Below are positions 16,043 through 26,248 of a stretch of DNA of 31,873 bases, piece after piece (position 1 is the stretch's first letter; each line of letters opens with the position of its first letter). Source of the stretch: Bacteroidales bacterium. GTDB lineage: Bacteria > Bacteroidota > Bacteroidia > Bacteroidales > SKPS01. The notes under the pieces are model-generated. The model had not been told where the DNA came from, made no database searches, and saw nothing but the letters and a program-made list of their open reading frames with translations. The stretch covers positions 1 to 31,873 of the forward strand of contig JAWOGX010000204.1 in NCBI GenBank assembly GCA_046496455.1, in the 5' to 3' direction. The position numbers and the translations under genes were made by a program.

Positions 16043-17509
16043 ATGAAAACGAGCATTCTGACAATTGTATTAACAGTGGTCATCAGCACTACCATTCTGG
16101 CAGCGTGCAAGACTACCACTTCTCTTGGTGAGCCTGCTGTGACAGCCACGGCTCCAGCAAGCCTGTCAGGACAGACGGAAAGCACTGTACCTGTCGCAGC
16201 AGGAAAAATGGAAGTCAACCTGAAAACGCCGGACAAAAAACCAACCTATGGCGACGATAGTGCCCAGTGTGTTTTGAATTATTACCTCTACAGGCAATCA
16301 TTCAGGGATTGGGAAAATACCGGTGATATGTTTTATTTTGAAGACCTTATGCCGGCCTGGACCTATGTGTTTGTCCACTGCCCCGGGTACAGGGTTAATA
16401 CCTTTATCAACGGTGTAAAGATCATGGAACACCGCATCTCTGTTGTACCTGAAAATCAGAAGAGGGGAGCAATCGACACACTGATGATGATCTTTGATGA
16501 GAGGATTCTCTATTTTGGTGAGGAGGAGTTTGTGTTGGGGGAGAAGGCAACCATGATGGTGAAACACTGCCCGGAAAAGACGGAAGAGATCTATGCGTTG
16601 CTCACGAAGGTTGTGAAGATGAATAAGTTGAACACACCCAACCACCTGCTGGTGTACTATATGCAATATGCTGTTTTTATGCATGAAGCCGGGAAAATGA
16701 CACTCGAAGAGCTTATTGATATCTATCTTGAAGTGGATGAGATTGCCCATCACAATGTATCGCTGAATAACCCTGCAAGCGCCGAATACAGTGAAGGGAT
16801 AAGCAGGATTGAGCAGCTGATGCTGAATTACCTGGAGTGTGATGTGATGCAGAGCGTATTCGGCCCTAAATACCAGGCTGATTCAACCAATGTGGATTTA
16901 TTGAAGAAAGTCATCGGGCTGATGGCATACAAAAAGTGTTATGACCAGGTGGTGTTTCGCGATGCCCTTCGCCAGCTCAACATGCTGGAACCCACACCAA
17001 AGCTCCTGATGATCCAGGGGAATTTCTACTATAATGATGGTGATTATACAGAAGCGGTAAACTCTTATCGGAAGGCAGCCGATAGCTTTACCGACAAAGA
17101 GGCGAAAGAGAAGTACGAAGCATGGATGAAGATTGCGGAGGTTCAGTTAATCCAGAAATCGTATCAGAATGCCAAATCTTCGGTGCAGCGCGCCCTTGAT
17201 CTGAAATCCGACGATCCGGATGCACTGATTCTGCTTGGGGATATTTACCTCTATGGAGCGGGCACCTGTGGTACCACCATCATTGCCAAGCATGCCGGTT
17301 TCTGGGCTGCATTCGACAAATACAGCAGGGCAAGGAACCTTTCCAATGATCCGGTGATCCAGAGCAAGGCAAATAATGGCATTGCCAATGCCAGAAGGGG
17401 TTTTCCGCTTACGTCAGATCTGTTCTTCAACAACCTTAAACCCGGCCAGACGGTGACAGCCCCCTGCTGGATCGGGGAGACCGTTACCATAAGGGCATCA
17501 GATTCATAG
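16043..17509 (+). CDS. TPR-repeat protein, here with a lipobox
   Basis: ILAAC lipobox, Thr/Ala/Pro linker, YGDDSAQC...SLY-type start of the conserved domain, TPR helices, C-terminal C...WIGETVTIR. Confidence 0.8.
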   Translation: MKTSILTIVLTVVISTTILAACKTTTSLGEPAVTATAPASLSGQTESTVPVAAGKMEVNLKTPDKKPTYGDDSAQCVLNYYLYRQSFRDWENTGDMFYFEDLMPAWTYVFVHCPGYRVNTFINGVKIMEHRISVVPENQKRGAIDTLMMIFDERILYFGEEEFVLGEKATMMVKHCPEKTEEIYALLTKVVKMNKLNTPNHLLVYYMQYAVFMHEAGKMTLEELIDIYLEVDEIAHHNVSLNNPASAEYSEGISRIEQLMLNYLECDVMQSVFGPKYQADSTNVDLLKKVIGLMAYKKCYDQVVFRDALRQLNMLEPTPKLLMIQGNFYYNDGDYTEAVNSYRKAADSFTDKEAKEKYEAWMKIAEVQLIQKSYQNAKSSVQRALDLKSDDPDALILLGDIYLYGAGTCGTTIIAKHAGFWAAFDKYSRARNLSNDPVIQSKANNGIANARRGFPLTSDLFFNNLKPGQTVTAPCWIGETVTIRASDS

Positions 17510-17513
17510 CAGC

Positions 17514-18110
17514 GTGGTTCGTTCAGCGATCTTACCGGCAGCATTCAGAGGCATCATCGTCATAGCAATGACGGTGATGCTTTTTTCATGCGTCAATGAC
17601 CCTGAGGATGTGAAAGCGGTGAAGCAGAACCAGGAGCTTCCTGTGGAGTGGGCCGAAGATGTTGAAATGATCTATAGCGAATCGGGCAACCAGAAGGTGC
17701 TGATGATGACACCCAGGCTTGAGAAGTATGCCGGGGGGCGGGAGCGTTACACCCTTATGCCGGAGGGGATTCACGCTATCTTTTACGATTCCCTGATGAC
17801 AGAGCGCTCGAGCATCAGAGCGGGATACGCCGTTGAATACCCGGACCGGAGAACCGTTGAGGCGCGTTATGCCGTCCAGGTGGTGAATGAAACCGGCGAT
17901 ACCCTTAACACCGAATCGCTTACCTGGGACCGGAATCAGCAGAAAATTTACACCAATGCTGCGGTGCGCATCATTACCCATGAAAAGGAAGTGATCTATG
18001 GCACCAACGGGATGGAGGCCGATGAAAGGTTTACCCGCTGGAGAATCAAAAACATCAGGGAATCGAGCCTCATTATCAGGGAATCGGAAGATCAACCAAA
18101 AAATGATTAG
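17514..18110 (+). CDS. lptC: LPS export ABC transporter periplasmic protein LptC (Bacteroidota type)
   Basis: LFSC lipobox; YSESG, GDTLNTESLTWD and IYTNAAVRI motifs; conserved position before the HlyC/CorC gene. Start may be GTG 17514 or ATG 17568. Confidence 0.85.
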   Translation: MVRSAILPAAFRGIIVIAMTVMLFSCVNDPEDVKAVKQNQELPVEWAEDVEMIYSESGNQKVLMMTPRLEKYAGGRERYTLMPEGIHAIFYDSLMTERSSIRAGYAVEYPDRRTVEARYAVQVVNETGDTLNTESLTWDRNQQKIYTNAAVRIITHEKEVIYGTNGMEADERFTRWRIKNIRESSLIIRESEDQPKND

Positions 18111-18134
18111 CTTTGCATTGATGGCACTTCACCT

Positions 18135-19400
18135 ATGGAAAACTGGATCATTCTTACTGTAACCATCCTGCTCTCTGCATTCTTTTCAGGAATGGAGATC
18201 GCTTTTTTCAGCAGCAACAAGCTGAGGATTGAAATCGAGAGGCAGAAGGGGGCGATCAGCGGAAATATCTTCGGCAGGTTCCTCAACCGCCCTTCTGAGC
18301 TGATAGCAACCCTTCTGATCGGAAACAATTTTGCCCTGGTTATCTATGGTATTGCCATTGCCGTAATTCTGGAACCACTGATCTTTCAGTTTTTCCCTGC
18401 TGCCATCGATTCGGAAGGGCTCCTGCTTGTCCTGCAAACCCTCTTTGCTACGCTGATCATCCTTGTGCTGGCCGAATTTATTCCGAAGGTGATCTTCCGG
18501 ATCAACCCCAATGGCGTACTTGATGTCTTTGCCATCCCCACCATAATCTTCCATTACCTCTTCTGGCCGGTTGCCAGGCTCTTCATCCATATCTCCAAAT
18601 TTATGATGAAAATCCTTTTCGGGGTAAAGATGCAGGATGAGAAATACGCTTTCAGTACACTTGACCTCGACAATTACCTGATTGAATTCTCGCAGGATAA
18701 TGAAGAGTCAACTGCCTATGAGGATGAGATACAGATGATCCAGAATGCAATGGATTTTCGTACGGTGAAGCTGCGTGAATGCATGGTGCCCCGTACTGAG
18801 ATAGTGGCTGTTGACATTCAGGATCCGGTAAACGGGCTCAACAATGTTTTCCTCGAATCCGGGCATTCCAAAGTGCTGGTGTTTGAAGAGAGCATCGACA
18901 ATATCATTGGTTATACGCACGCATTTGACCTTTTCCGGGAACCCAAATCGATCAGGAATATTTTGCGCCCCGTGATCATTGCGCCCGAATCGATGCTGGC
19001 AAACAGGCTTATGGAAAAGTTCATCAAGGAGAGAAAAAGTGTCGGGGTTGTGGTGGACGAGTTCGGAGGAACTGCCGGCATGATCACGCTCGAAGATGTT
19101 ATTGAAGAGATCTTTGGCGAGATCAAGGATGAGTTTGACACTGAAGAGCTGTTCGAGAAGAAGATATCTGATACCGAATTTGTTTTTGAAGCCAGGATTG
19201 AGATTCACCACCTGAATGAAACTTACGGCTTCGACCTGGAATATTCTGATGAATACAGCACCCTTGCCGGATATATCCTCCATCACCACGAGAATATCCC
19301 TGTAACAGGCGAAGTCATCACGGTTGAACCTTATCAGTTCACCGTTACTGAGGCCACTGAGACCCGACTCATTAAGGTGAGGATGAAGATCCTCCCTTAA
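18135..19400 (+). CDS. Hemolysin-family HlyC/CorC (CNNM + CBS + CorC) protein
   Basis: SAFFSGMEIAF, CBS pair, VVDEFGGTAGMITLEDVIEEIFGEIKDE, C-terminal CorC domain. Confidence 0.93.
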   Translation: MENWIILTVTILLSAFFSGMEIAFFSSNKLRIEIERQKGAISGNIFGRFLNRPSELIATLLIGNNFALVIYGIAIAVILEPLIFQFFPAAIDSEGLLLVLQTLFATLIILVLAEFIPKVIFRINPNGVLDVFAIPTIIFHYLFWPVARLFIHISKFMMKILFGVKMQDEKYAFSTLDLDNYLIEFSQDNEESTAYEDEIQMIQNAMDFRTVKLRECMVPRTEIVAVDIQDPVNGLNNVFLESGHSKVLVFEESIDNIIGYTHAFDLFREPKSIRNILRPVIIAPESMLANRLMEKFIKERKSVGVVVDEFGGTAGMITLEDVIEEIFGEIKDEFDTEELFEKKISDTEFVFEARIEIHHLNETYGFDLEYSDEYSTLAGYILHHHENIPVTGEVITVEPYQFTVTEATETRLIKVRMKILP

Positions 19401-19435
19401 TCGCATTCCTGTGTTTTTTATTTCATAATCTTCTG

Positions 19436-19443
19436 TACATTTG
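19436..19443 (+). promoter_or_regulatory. -7 element TACATTTG for ppiD
   Basis: Exact TAnnTTTG match 26 nt upstream of ATG 19470. Confidence 0.65.
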
Positions 19444-19469
19444 CACCTCGTTTTAAAACTAAGGATACA

Positions 19470-21629
19470 ATGGCAGTAATTGGTGCAATTAGAAAGCGTT
19501 CCACCCTGTTGCTTATCATCATCGGTGGTGCATTGGTGTTGTTTGTGTTGAGTGATTTTCTGTCGAACCAGGGCGGTGGCAGGCGCAATAAGATTGAGCC
19601 TGTAGCAGAAGTGTATGGTGACGAGATCAACTTCAGGGAATTTGATTTTGAAATTCAGCGGCAGATTGAGCTCACGAAAGAGCGTAATCCGGACTATGCG
19701 CCGTCGGGGATGGATCTGTTCCAGCTCAGGCAGCAGCAATTCCAGACCAAAGTAAAAGACTATATCTACCTGAAACATTGCAAGGACCTCGGAATCGCGT
19801 TGGACAACGAGTACTCCACTGTGCCCGCCATCAGTGCAGCCGAGTTCCGCGACATGCTGATGGGCAATGATCCCCACCCTGAAATCCGGAGGGTGTTTAC
19901 CAACCAGGAGACCGGACAGTTTGATGCAGCCCAGGTAAGAAGCGTACTGGATAACCAGGATCAGATGGATGCCGTGCAGCGACTGCAATGGCACCTCTTT
20001 ATCGAGGAGATCAAGAAAGAACGCCTGGCGACAAAATACAAGAACCTTGTGGCCAAATCTTTCTACTATCCCACAGCCCTTGCCAAGATGGCTTATCATG
20101 ACAGCCGCGATGAAGCTACTTTCCGTTTTGTGGCTAAACGGTATGAAACGATCAACGACTCTCTGGTCACCCTTACCGATGCCGATTATGAGAAATACTA
20201 TAATGAGCATAAGAAAGAGTATGACCGTGATGCACAGGCTACCCTGAATTATGCTGTGTTTGAAGCCAGGCCCACACCTTCCGATGTGGCAGCAATCGAA
20301 GCACGATTCATGGCTTTATTCGGCAATTTCCAGGAAGCTGAAGCACCCGAATTGTTTGTTATGGCGAATTCACACGACGGATACGACAGTACCTGGTTCA
20401 AGAAAGGGATGCTCCCGCTGATGCTTGATTCCCTATTGTTCAATACCCCCAAGGGAACTGTTTATGGTCCTTATGTTGAGACGAACAAATACAAGGCAGC
20501 TATGGTCATTGATGCCATTGAGCGTCCAGACTCGCTAAGGGCAAGCCATATCCTGATTGCTTACAGCGGAGCTGAAAGAGCCGGGGAGAATGTAGTCCGT
20601 TCACAGACAGAAGCTGAACTTTTCGCAGACAGTCTGTTGAATGAGGTGAAAGCCAATGGTGCTCTCTTCGAAACCCTGGCATCCACCATTTCGGATGATG
20701 CTTTTGCAAGAACCAAAGCCGGTGATCTCGATTGGTTCAATGAAAGCACCATGGCCCCTGAATTCTCAGCAGCGGTTTTACAAAATGATGTCGGGGAGTT
20801 TGTCCTTGCCCAAACCATCTTCGGATACCATATTATCCGCGTCACAGGAAAGAAAGATTTCGCTCGTCAGGTGCGTGTAGCAGTGCTTACACAGGACATT
20901 GAACCCTCCAAAGAGACCATTGCCGCGGAATTTGCAAGGGCAAGTCGTTTTGCCAACAGTGTATCATCAATTGAGACTTTTGAAGAGGGTCTTGAGAAGG
21001 AGGGTGTGGCCGGAGCCGAAGCCGTTGTCAACAAAGACATGTATTCCGTCCAATCCCTTGTTGATGGCCGGGAAATTGTGCGCTGGGCATTCAACAAAGA
21101 AACAAAACCGGGAGAAACTTCCAGGATGTTTGAGTTCCCGGATAAATACCAGTACGTCATCGCTATTGTCAAATCCAGGAAGGATAAAGGGTTATGGCCT
21201 CTGGATGAAGAGCTGAAGAAGAACATGGAGCCGCTGGTGAAGCGGGAAAAGAAATACGAGATGATCGCCGGGGAGATGAAAAAGGCAGGTACAACCGATT
21301 TGTATCAGCTTGCTGCCAAAATGGATCTGCAGGTTGATACTGCAACCATCTCTTTCAATATGAGCAACCTGATGAACTATGGCCCGGAAGGGAGAATCAT
21401 CGGTGCAGCCTTCGGCATTCCGGAAGGTAAGGTGAGCGAACCCCTCAAGGGGATAATCTCCGCGTTTATGCTGGTTGTTGACGAGAAAGTTGTGGCCACT
21501 GAACCCGAAAATCTTCTTGACCAGCGGATGAACGAAGAGCGTTTATACAATCAGCTCATCCAGCAGAATTTCGACAGGGCTCTTGAAAAGGCGGCCAACA
21601 TCACAAACAATACGATACTCTGGTTCTGA
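19470..21629 (+). CDS. ppiD: PpiD-like membrane-anchored peptidyl-prolyl isomerase (SurA N-domain + parvulin)
   Basis: MAVIGAIRKRS...FVLSD N-anchor; RASHILI, GDLDWF and FGYHII parvulin motifs. Confidence 0.9.
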   Translation: MAVIGAIRKRSTLLLIIIGGALVLFVLSDFLSNQGGGRRNKIEPVAEVYGDEINFREFDFEIQRQIELTKERNPDYAPSGMDLFQLRQQQFQTKVKDYIYLKHCKDLGIALDNEYSTVPAISAAEFRDMLMGNDPHPEIRRVFTNQETGQFDAAQVRSVLDNQDQMDAVQRLQWHLFIEEIKKERLATKYKNLVAKSFYYPTALAKMAYHDSRDEATFRFVAKRYETINDSLVTLTDADYEKYYNEHKKEYDRDAQATLNYAVFEARPTPSDVAAIEARFMALFGNFQEAEAPELFVMANSHDGYDSTWFKKGMLPLMLDSLLFNTPKGTVYGPYVETNKYKAAMVIDAIERPDSLRASHILIAYSGAERAGENVVRSQTEAELFADSLLNEVKANGALFETLASTISDDAFARTKAGDLDWFNESTMAPEFSAAVLQNDVGEFVLAQTIFGYHIIRVTGKKDFARQVRVAVLTQDIEPSKETIAAEFARASRFANSVSSIETFEEGLEKEGVAGAEAVVNKDMYSVQSLVDGREIVRWAFNKETKPGETSRMFEFPDKYQYVIAIVKSRKDKGLWPLDEELKKNMEPLVKREKKYEMIAGEMKKAGTTDLYQLAAKMDLQVDTATISFNMSNLMNYGPEGRIIGAAFGIPEGKVSEPLKGIISAFMLVVDEKVVATEPENLLDQRMNEERLYNQLIQQNFDRALEKAANITNNTILWF

Positions 21630-21679
21630 TACCGGTTTCCCCGGTCTTTGCAGAACATATCCAATCTCAGGGAGCTGCC

Positions 21680-22006
21680 GTGTGCAGCTCCTTTGTTCAT
21701 ATGGAGAAACCGCGGTTGATCACAAGGGCCGGCGCCCTGATCAAAGAGCGCGACTTCAGGCTCACGGACCATGGGATTGCAGCAACCCATTTTTGCCTTG
21801 CGGCTGCTGAACAGGGTCTGGGCACCTGTATGATCGGTTGGTTCAATGAGAGAAAGGTAAAGAAACTGCTGCATATCCCGCGCAGCAAAAGGCTCAGCAT
21901 GCTTATTTCAGTCGGTTATCCTGAGGATGGATATCTTACAAGACAAAAGATCAGGAAACCGTTTCATGATATTGTACACTATAACAGGTATAAATCACTA
22001 TCTTAG
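21680..22006 (+). pseudogene. 5'-truncated nitroreductase (C-terminal half only)
   Basis: MEKP...DHGIAATHFCLAAAEQGLGTCMIGWF...ISVGYP...RKP matches the nitroreductase C-half. The N-terminal RxSxR/APS part is absent, and only ~50 nt separate it from the ppiD stop. Confidence 0.7.
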
Positions 22007-22023
22007 CCGAAAATGGCCCGATC

Positions 22024-22521
22024 ATGAGGACAACCACACTCCTGCTGGCACTGGCAATACTATTATGCAGCACCGCGTTTTCCCAAACCGATTCCGTAAA
22101 GATTGCAGGGGCAGAATTCCCTGGTGGTCTGGATTCCCTTTACCGTTGCCTGGAGGCTGATTTCAGGATATCCAGGACAGATCTTCAGTTTGATCAGCAT
22201 CAGGACCTGTATGCCGATGTCAGGATGACGATCAACAAAAAGGGTGAGGTTATCATGGTGAATACGGGGCAAAGCAGGATCGAATACGAACTTGAGCGGG
22301 CGTTGATGTCGTTGCCACCGTTTGTCCCGGCCACCCGCGATGGGAAGCCGGTCACATCGTATGTAGAGCTTAAGTTCATGTTTTTTATCGCCGGCAACAG
22401 GATGCAGGTCACAGATCATATGCAGTTTTACACCTATACCCGGGAAAAGGACAATGCCTGGATGAAAGCAGCCCTTGTGGCCGGAGCTGTTGTGATATTC
22501 CTGATCCTTTGGGGGGGTTGA
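22024..22521 (+). CDS. TonB C-terminal-like domain protein with signal peptide and C-terminal TM
   Basis: AEFPGG...L, INKKGEV and FVPATRDGKPV motifs; C-terminal AALVAGAVVIFLILWGG. Confidence 0.65.
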   Translation: MRTTTLLLALAILLCSTAFSQTDSVKIAGAEFPGGLDSLYRCLEADFRISRTDLQFDQHQDLYADVRMTINKKGEVIMVNTGQSRIEYELERALMSLPPFVPATRDGKPVTSYVELKFMFFIAGNRMQVTDHMQFYTYTREKDNAWMKAALVAGAVVIFLILWGG

Positions 22522-22534
22522 TGCACGGGTCGCC

Positions 22535-23110
22535 CTACAATCTGCCTGGAAAGATGTAACTTTCTATCACCTTCGGGAAGTGGCGGTATTCAAGTTCATG
22601 CACTCTCCTGGAAAGCGTTTCTGTTGTGTCATCCGGCAATACAGGGCATTCGGCCATGAAAATGATTTTCCCTTCATCGTAATGCTCATTGACAAGGTGG
22701 ATGGTGATGCCCGTGGTTTTCTCCCCGGCATCGATTACCGCCTGATGGACATAATCCCCATACATCCCTTTGCCTCCATATCGGGGTAATAGTGCCGGAT
22801 GGATATTGAGGATTTTATTCGGAAAGGCAGAGACTATTTCAGGGTGTAGCTTCAGCAGGAAACCGGCCAGAATCAGGTAATCGATCTGTTGTGCACTGAG
22901 CATTTCCAGGATCTCAGCCGGGTTTTTCCAATGTTGACCTGGAAAGCCCATTGCAGGGACATGATGCCTGCCAGCTTTTTGCACCAATTTGGCATCCGGC
23001 TTATTGGAAATGACAAGGGCAGCAGAAATGAGGGCATGCCCGGTGAAATAGCGAATGATATTCTCAGCATTTGTCCCGGTGCCGGAAGCAAGGATCGCCA
23101 GACGGATCAT
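22535..23110 (-). CDS. purN: Phosphoribosylglycinamide formyltransferase
   Basis: LASGTGTN, LAGFL, NIHPALLP and TGITIHLVNEHYDEG motifs. Confidence 0.96.
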   Translation of the reverse strand: MIRLAILASGTGTNAENIIRYFTGHALISAALVISNKPDAKLVQKAGRHHVPAMGFPGQHWKNPAEILEMLSAQQIDYLILAGFLLKLHPEIVSAFPNKILNIHPALLPRYGGKGMYGDYVHQAVIDAGEKTTGITIHLVNEHYDEGKIIFMAECPVLPDDTTETLSRRVHELEYRHFPKVIESYIFPGRL

Positions 23111-23129
23111 AAATATCAGAATTGAGATG

Positions 23130-23137
23130 CAAAGGTA
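23130..23137 (-). promoter_or_regulatory. -7 element TACCTTTG for purN
   Basis: Exact TAnnTTTG match 19 nt upstream of ATG 23110. Confidence 0.65.
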
Positions 23138-23206
23138 GCAAAAGGATTGGGTTTGTTGTTCCGTCAAGGCACGAAATCAGTGCATCCGGTTCGTGAACAA
23201 CCGGGA

Positions 23207-23782
23207 TTAATCTTTCAGGTACCCGAAAACCTGCACCACCACGATTCTTTTTGTTTTCGGATGGAGTGTGACAGCGACACCGGTGTAACCATAAAGGGGG
23301 TTGATTATATTGGTATAGTGTCCTGAAGAGTTTACCCATAGCCGGATGAAATCATCGGCCATTTGCCTGTAGGTAAAATTACGGTAAGGCTTTCCCCCTT
23401 TTTCGGTAATGAGTTGTTCAATCCAGGAGGCCGCGATGTTTTCTCCGCACAGATACCCTTTGCCTCCGTAGTACTCAGCTCTTTTTTGCACCGTGGACTT
23501 GCTCTCGACAGGTTGCCGGTGGGTAATGGTTCGCTGGTATTGCAGATAGGCTGCCTGATCAGCTGCTGCGAAATAAAGCGATGAATCATTGCTGAGGAGT
23601 TCCAGCCCTTTGGCTTTCCTCACCGAATCAATCCCATCCCGGATCAACCGTTCAAGCAGTGTGGCACTGAATGTCGTTAATTTCATGGTATCTGCGGGGA
23701 ACTGTGCTGACAAACCCTTTGCCAGCAGCAACCAGCACAAGGCAACAGTCAGAATCTTCGTTCCGGGGATGTTTTGAGTCAT
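23207..23782 (-). CDS. CAP (SCP) domain protein
   Basis: Signal peptide; R...GL..L..D..L..AA..QA, ITHRQ, GENIA and WVNSSGHYTNI motifs. Start may be 23782 or 23818. Confidence 0.85.
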   Translation of the reverse strand: MTQNIPGTKILTVALCWLLLAKGLSAQFPADTMKLTTFSATLLERLIRDGIDSVRKAKGLELLSNDSSLYFAAADQAAYLQYQRTITHRQPVESKSTVQKRAEYYGGKGYLCGENIAASWIEQLITEKGGKPYRNFTYRQMADDFIRLWVNSSGHYTNIINPLYGYTGVAVTLHPKTKRIVVVQVFGYLKD

Positions 23783-23944
23783 ACCAGGGCGTTTTCTAAC
23801 AAGGGGAAATAGGTTCATGTTGGGAGGATGCAATTGTTAAACATTTGATAATAAGGAATGTTGAATTCCGTAAGTAATTTTTTTCTTGCATCGTGTAGTA
23901 TTAATTAGTTACTTTGCACCCTGTTTAACCAAAACTTGAAAATC

Positions 23945-24181
23945 ATGTCTGATATTGCAACAAGAGTAAAAACGATTATCGTTGACAAACTTGGCGTAGA
24001 TGAAAACGAAGTAACCCCGGAAGCCAGCTTTACAAACGATCTGGGTGCTGATTCACTTGACACAGTTGAGTTGATTATGGAATTCGAAAAGGAATTCAAT
24101 ATTGCCATTCCCGATGATCAGGCAGAAAAGATTGGGACAGTAGGAGAGGCTATCTCTTACATCGAAAACAACCTGAAATAA
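23945..24181 (+). CDS. acpP: Acyl carrier protein
   Basis: [14 protein letters not shown] phosphopantetheine site. Confidence 0.98.
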   Translation: MSDIATRVKTIIVDKLGVDENEVTPEASFTNDLGADSLDTVELIMEFEKEFNIAIPDDQAEKIGTVGEAISYIENNLK

Positions 24182-24197
24182 CCAAACTTCTTACTTC

Positions 24198-25454
24198 ATG
24201 AACTTGAAGCGGGTAGTAGTAACCGGTTTAGGTTCATTAACACCGTTGGGCAACACCACCCAGGCTTACTGGGAGGGGTTGCTTAACGGGGTTAGTGGCG
24301 CCGGGATGATTACGCATTTTGATGCGGAAAAATTCAAGACCAGATTTGCCTGTGAGCTCAAAAATTTCAATCCGACCGATTATTTCGACCGGAAGGAGGT
24401 GAGGAAGATTGATCTCTATTCCCAGTATGCCATTATTGCCAGTGACGAAGCGCTTGCGGACTCAGGGCTGACTGAGCATGGGTTTAACCCTGACAGGGTG
24501 GGTGTGATCTGGGCTTCAGGGATTGGGGGATTGCTCACCTTCTATGAGGAGGTGCGTGATTTTGCGGTTGGAGACGGTACGCCCCGTTTCAGCCCGTTCT
24601 TCATCCCTAAGATGATTGCCGACATAGCAGCAGGACACATATCCATCAAGCACGGGTTCCGTGGCCCCAATTTTACCACAACTTCAGCCTGTGCCTCTTC
24701 TGCCAACTCCATCATCGACGCATACAATTATATCAGGCTTGGGAAGGCGGATGTATTTGTTACCGGAGGTTCTGAAGCCCCGGTTAATCAGCCGGGTGTG
24801 GGTGGCTTCAATGCACTCCATGCCATTTCTACACGCAACGATGACCCTGCTACGGCTTCGAGGCCCTTCGACAAAGACCGCGACGGGTTTGTCCTTGGTG
24901 AAGGTGCTGGTGCCCTCATTCTGGAAGAGCTTGAGCACGCCCTTGCCCGTGGTGCCAATATCATCTGTGAACTCGCAGGCGCTGGCCTCTCGGCTGATGC
25001 CCACCATATTACAGCCCCACATCCCGATGGTCTGGGTGCCATAAAGTGTATGCAGAATGCTTTGGATGATGCCGGTTTGAAAATTACCGACATCGACCAT
25101 ATCAATACGCATGGTACCTCAACACCGGTTGGGGATATCGCTGAGCCAAAAGCCATTGTCGGCCTTTTCGGCGAGCATGCATATTCCATCAACATCAATT
25201 CAACCAAGTCGATGACAGGCCACCTCCTGGGTGCCGCCGGTGCCGTTGAGTCTATTGCTGCCGCCCTGGCAGTCAAGAATGACCTCATCCCACCAACCAT
25301 CAATCACTTTACGGATGATCCTGAAATCGACAACAGGCTGAACTTCACCTTTGGCAATAAAGCCGTTCCCCGGGTGGTCAATGCTGCCCTCAGCAACACC
25401 TTCGGCTTTGGTGGCCATAACGCTGCGATCATATTCAAAAAATTTGTCAGGTAA
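24198..25454 (+). CDS. fabF: 3-oxoacyl-ACP synthase II
   Basis: SACAS catalytic Cys, HGTST, SMTGHLLGAAG and NTFGFGG motifs. Confidence 0.97.
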   Translation: MNLKRVVVTGLGSLTPLGNTTQAYWEGLLNGVSGAGMITHFDAEKFKTRFACELKNFNPTDYFDRKEVRKIDLYSQYAIIASDEALADSGLTEHGFNPDRVGVIWASGIGGLLTFYEEVRDFAVGDGTPRFSPFFIPKMIADIAAGHISIKHGFRGPNFTTTSACASSANSIIDAYNYIRLGKADVFVTGGSEAPVNQPGVGGFNALHAISTRNDDPATASRPFDKDRDGFVLGEGAGALILEELEHALARGANIICELAGAGLSADAHHITAPHPDGLGAIKCMQNALDDAGLKITDIDHINTHGTSTPVGDIAEPKAIVGLFGEHAYSININSTKSMTGHLLGAAGAVESIAAALAVKNDLIPPTINHFTDDPEIDNRLNFTFGNKAVPRVVNAALSNTFGFGGHNAAIIFKKFVR

Positions 25455-25457
25455 CGA

Positions 25458-26195
25458 TTGAGCCGCCCGGTTTTTAAACGGTCCGATAAACTTTCTGCAG
25501 AGGATAAATCCATTATCCTTTTCATCAAAAATATTTTCGGGTTTCGACCCGGAAATATTTTTTTGTATCGCCAGGCCCTGAGGCATAAATCGGCAGCTTC
25601 CACGGTCAAGGAGGGTGTTAAGGATTCCAATGAACGTCTCGAGTTTCTGGGGGATGCGGTACTGAGTACCATCATTGCCGATTATCTGTTTCAGAAATTC
25701 CCATTCAAAGAGGAGGGATTCCTCACCGAAACCAGGTCAAAAATTGTGAGCAGGGTTTCGCTGAACCGCCTGGCACAAAGGCTTGGTATTGGCAGCTACC
25801 TCTCCACGAGCCCTGAGTTGCTGAAGAACCCCTCCAACACCATCCTTGGAGATGCCATGGAAGCATTGATCGGCGCAATATACCTGGATAAGGGTTTCAA
25901 TTTTACAAAACAGACGATCATCAGGTATTTGCTTGATATTTATATGAACATCAATGAGGTGATCGATAAGGAGGTGAATTTCAAAAGCCGGATCATCGAG
26001 TGGGGGCAGCATCACCGCCAGGAGGTTGAATTCCGTGTAGCTGAAGAGATACAGTCAAGGCACCATCCAAAGCAGTACCGTGTTGAGGTATATGTCGATA
26101 AGAAGGTTGTAGGGTCTTCACTGGATTTCTCGATCAAAGGGGCCGAACAGCTGGCTGCCGAGAAAGGGCTTGCTTTCCTTGAAGGGGAGCAGTAA
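25458..26195 (+). CDS. rnc: Ribonuclease III
   Basis: NERLEFLGDAVL signature, DAMEALIGAIYLD, C-terminal dsRBD; TTG start. Confidence 0.96.
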   Translation: MSRPVFKRSDKLSAEDKSIILFIKNIFGFRPGNIFLYRQALRHKSAASTVKEGVKDSNERLEFLGDAVLSTIIADYLFQKFPFKEEGFLTETRSKIVSRVSLNRLAQRLGIGSYLSTSPELLKNPSNTILGDAMEALIGAIYLDKGFNFTKQTIIRYLLDIYMNINEVIDKEVNFKSRIIEWGQHHRQEVEFRVAEEIQSRHHPKQYRVEVYVDKKVVGSSLDFSIKGAEQLAAEKGLAFLEGEQ

Positions 26196-26248
26196 CCATC
26201 CTGCATCCCCGTTGTTAACCTTGTTGCTGCCGGTGCGTTTATTATCCT

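Noticed and set aside
18708-20210. 500-aa minus-strand ORF
   Set aside because: Antisense shadow across two well-supported genes (HlyC/CorC and ppiD), with no recognisable motifs.
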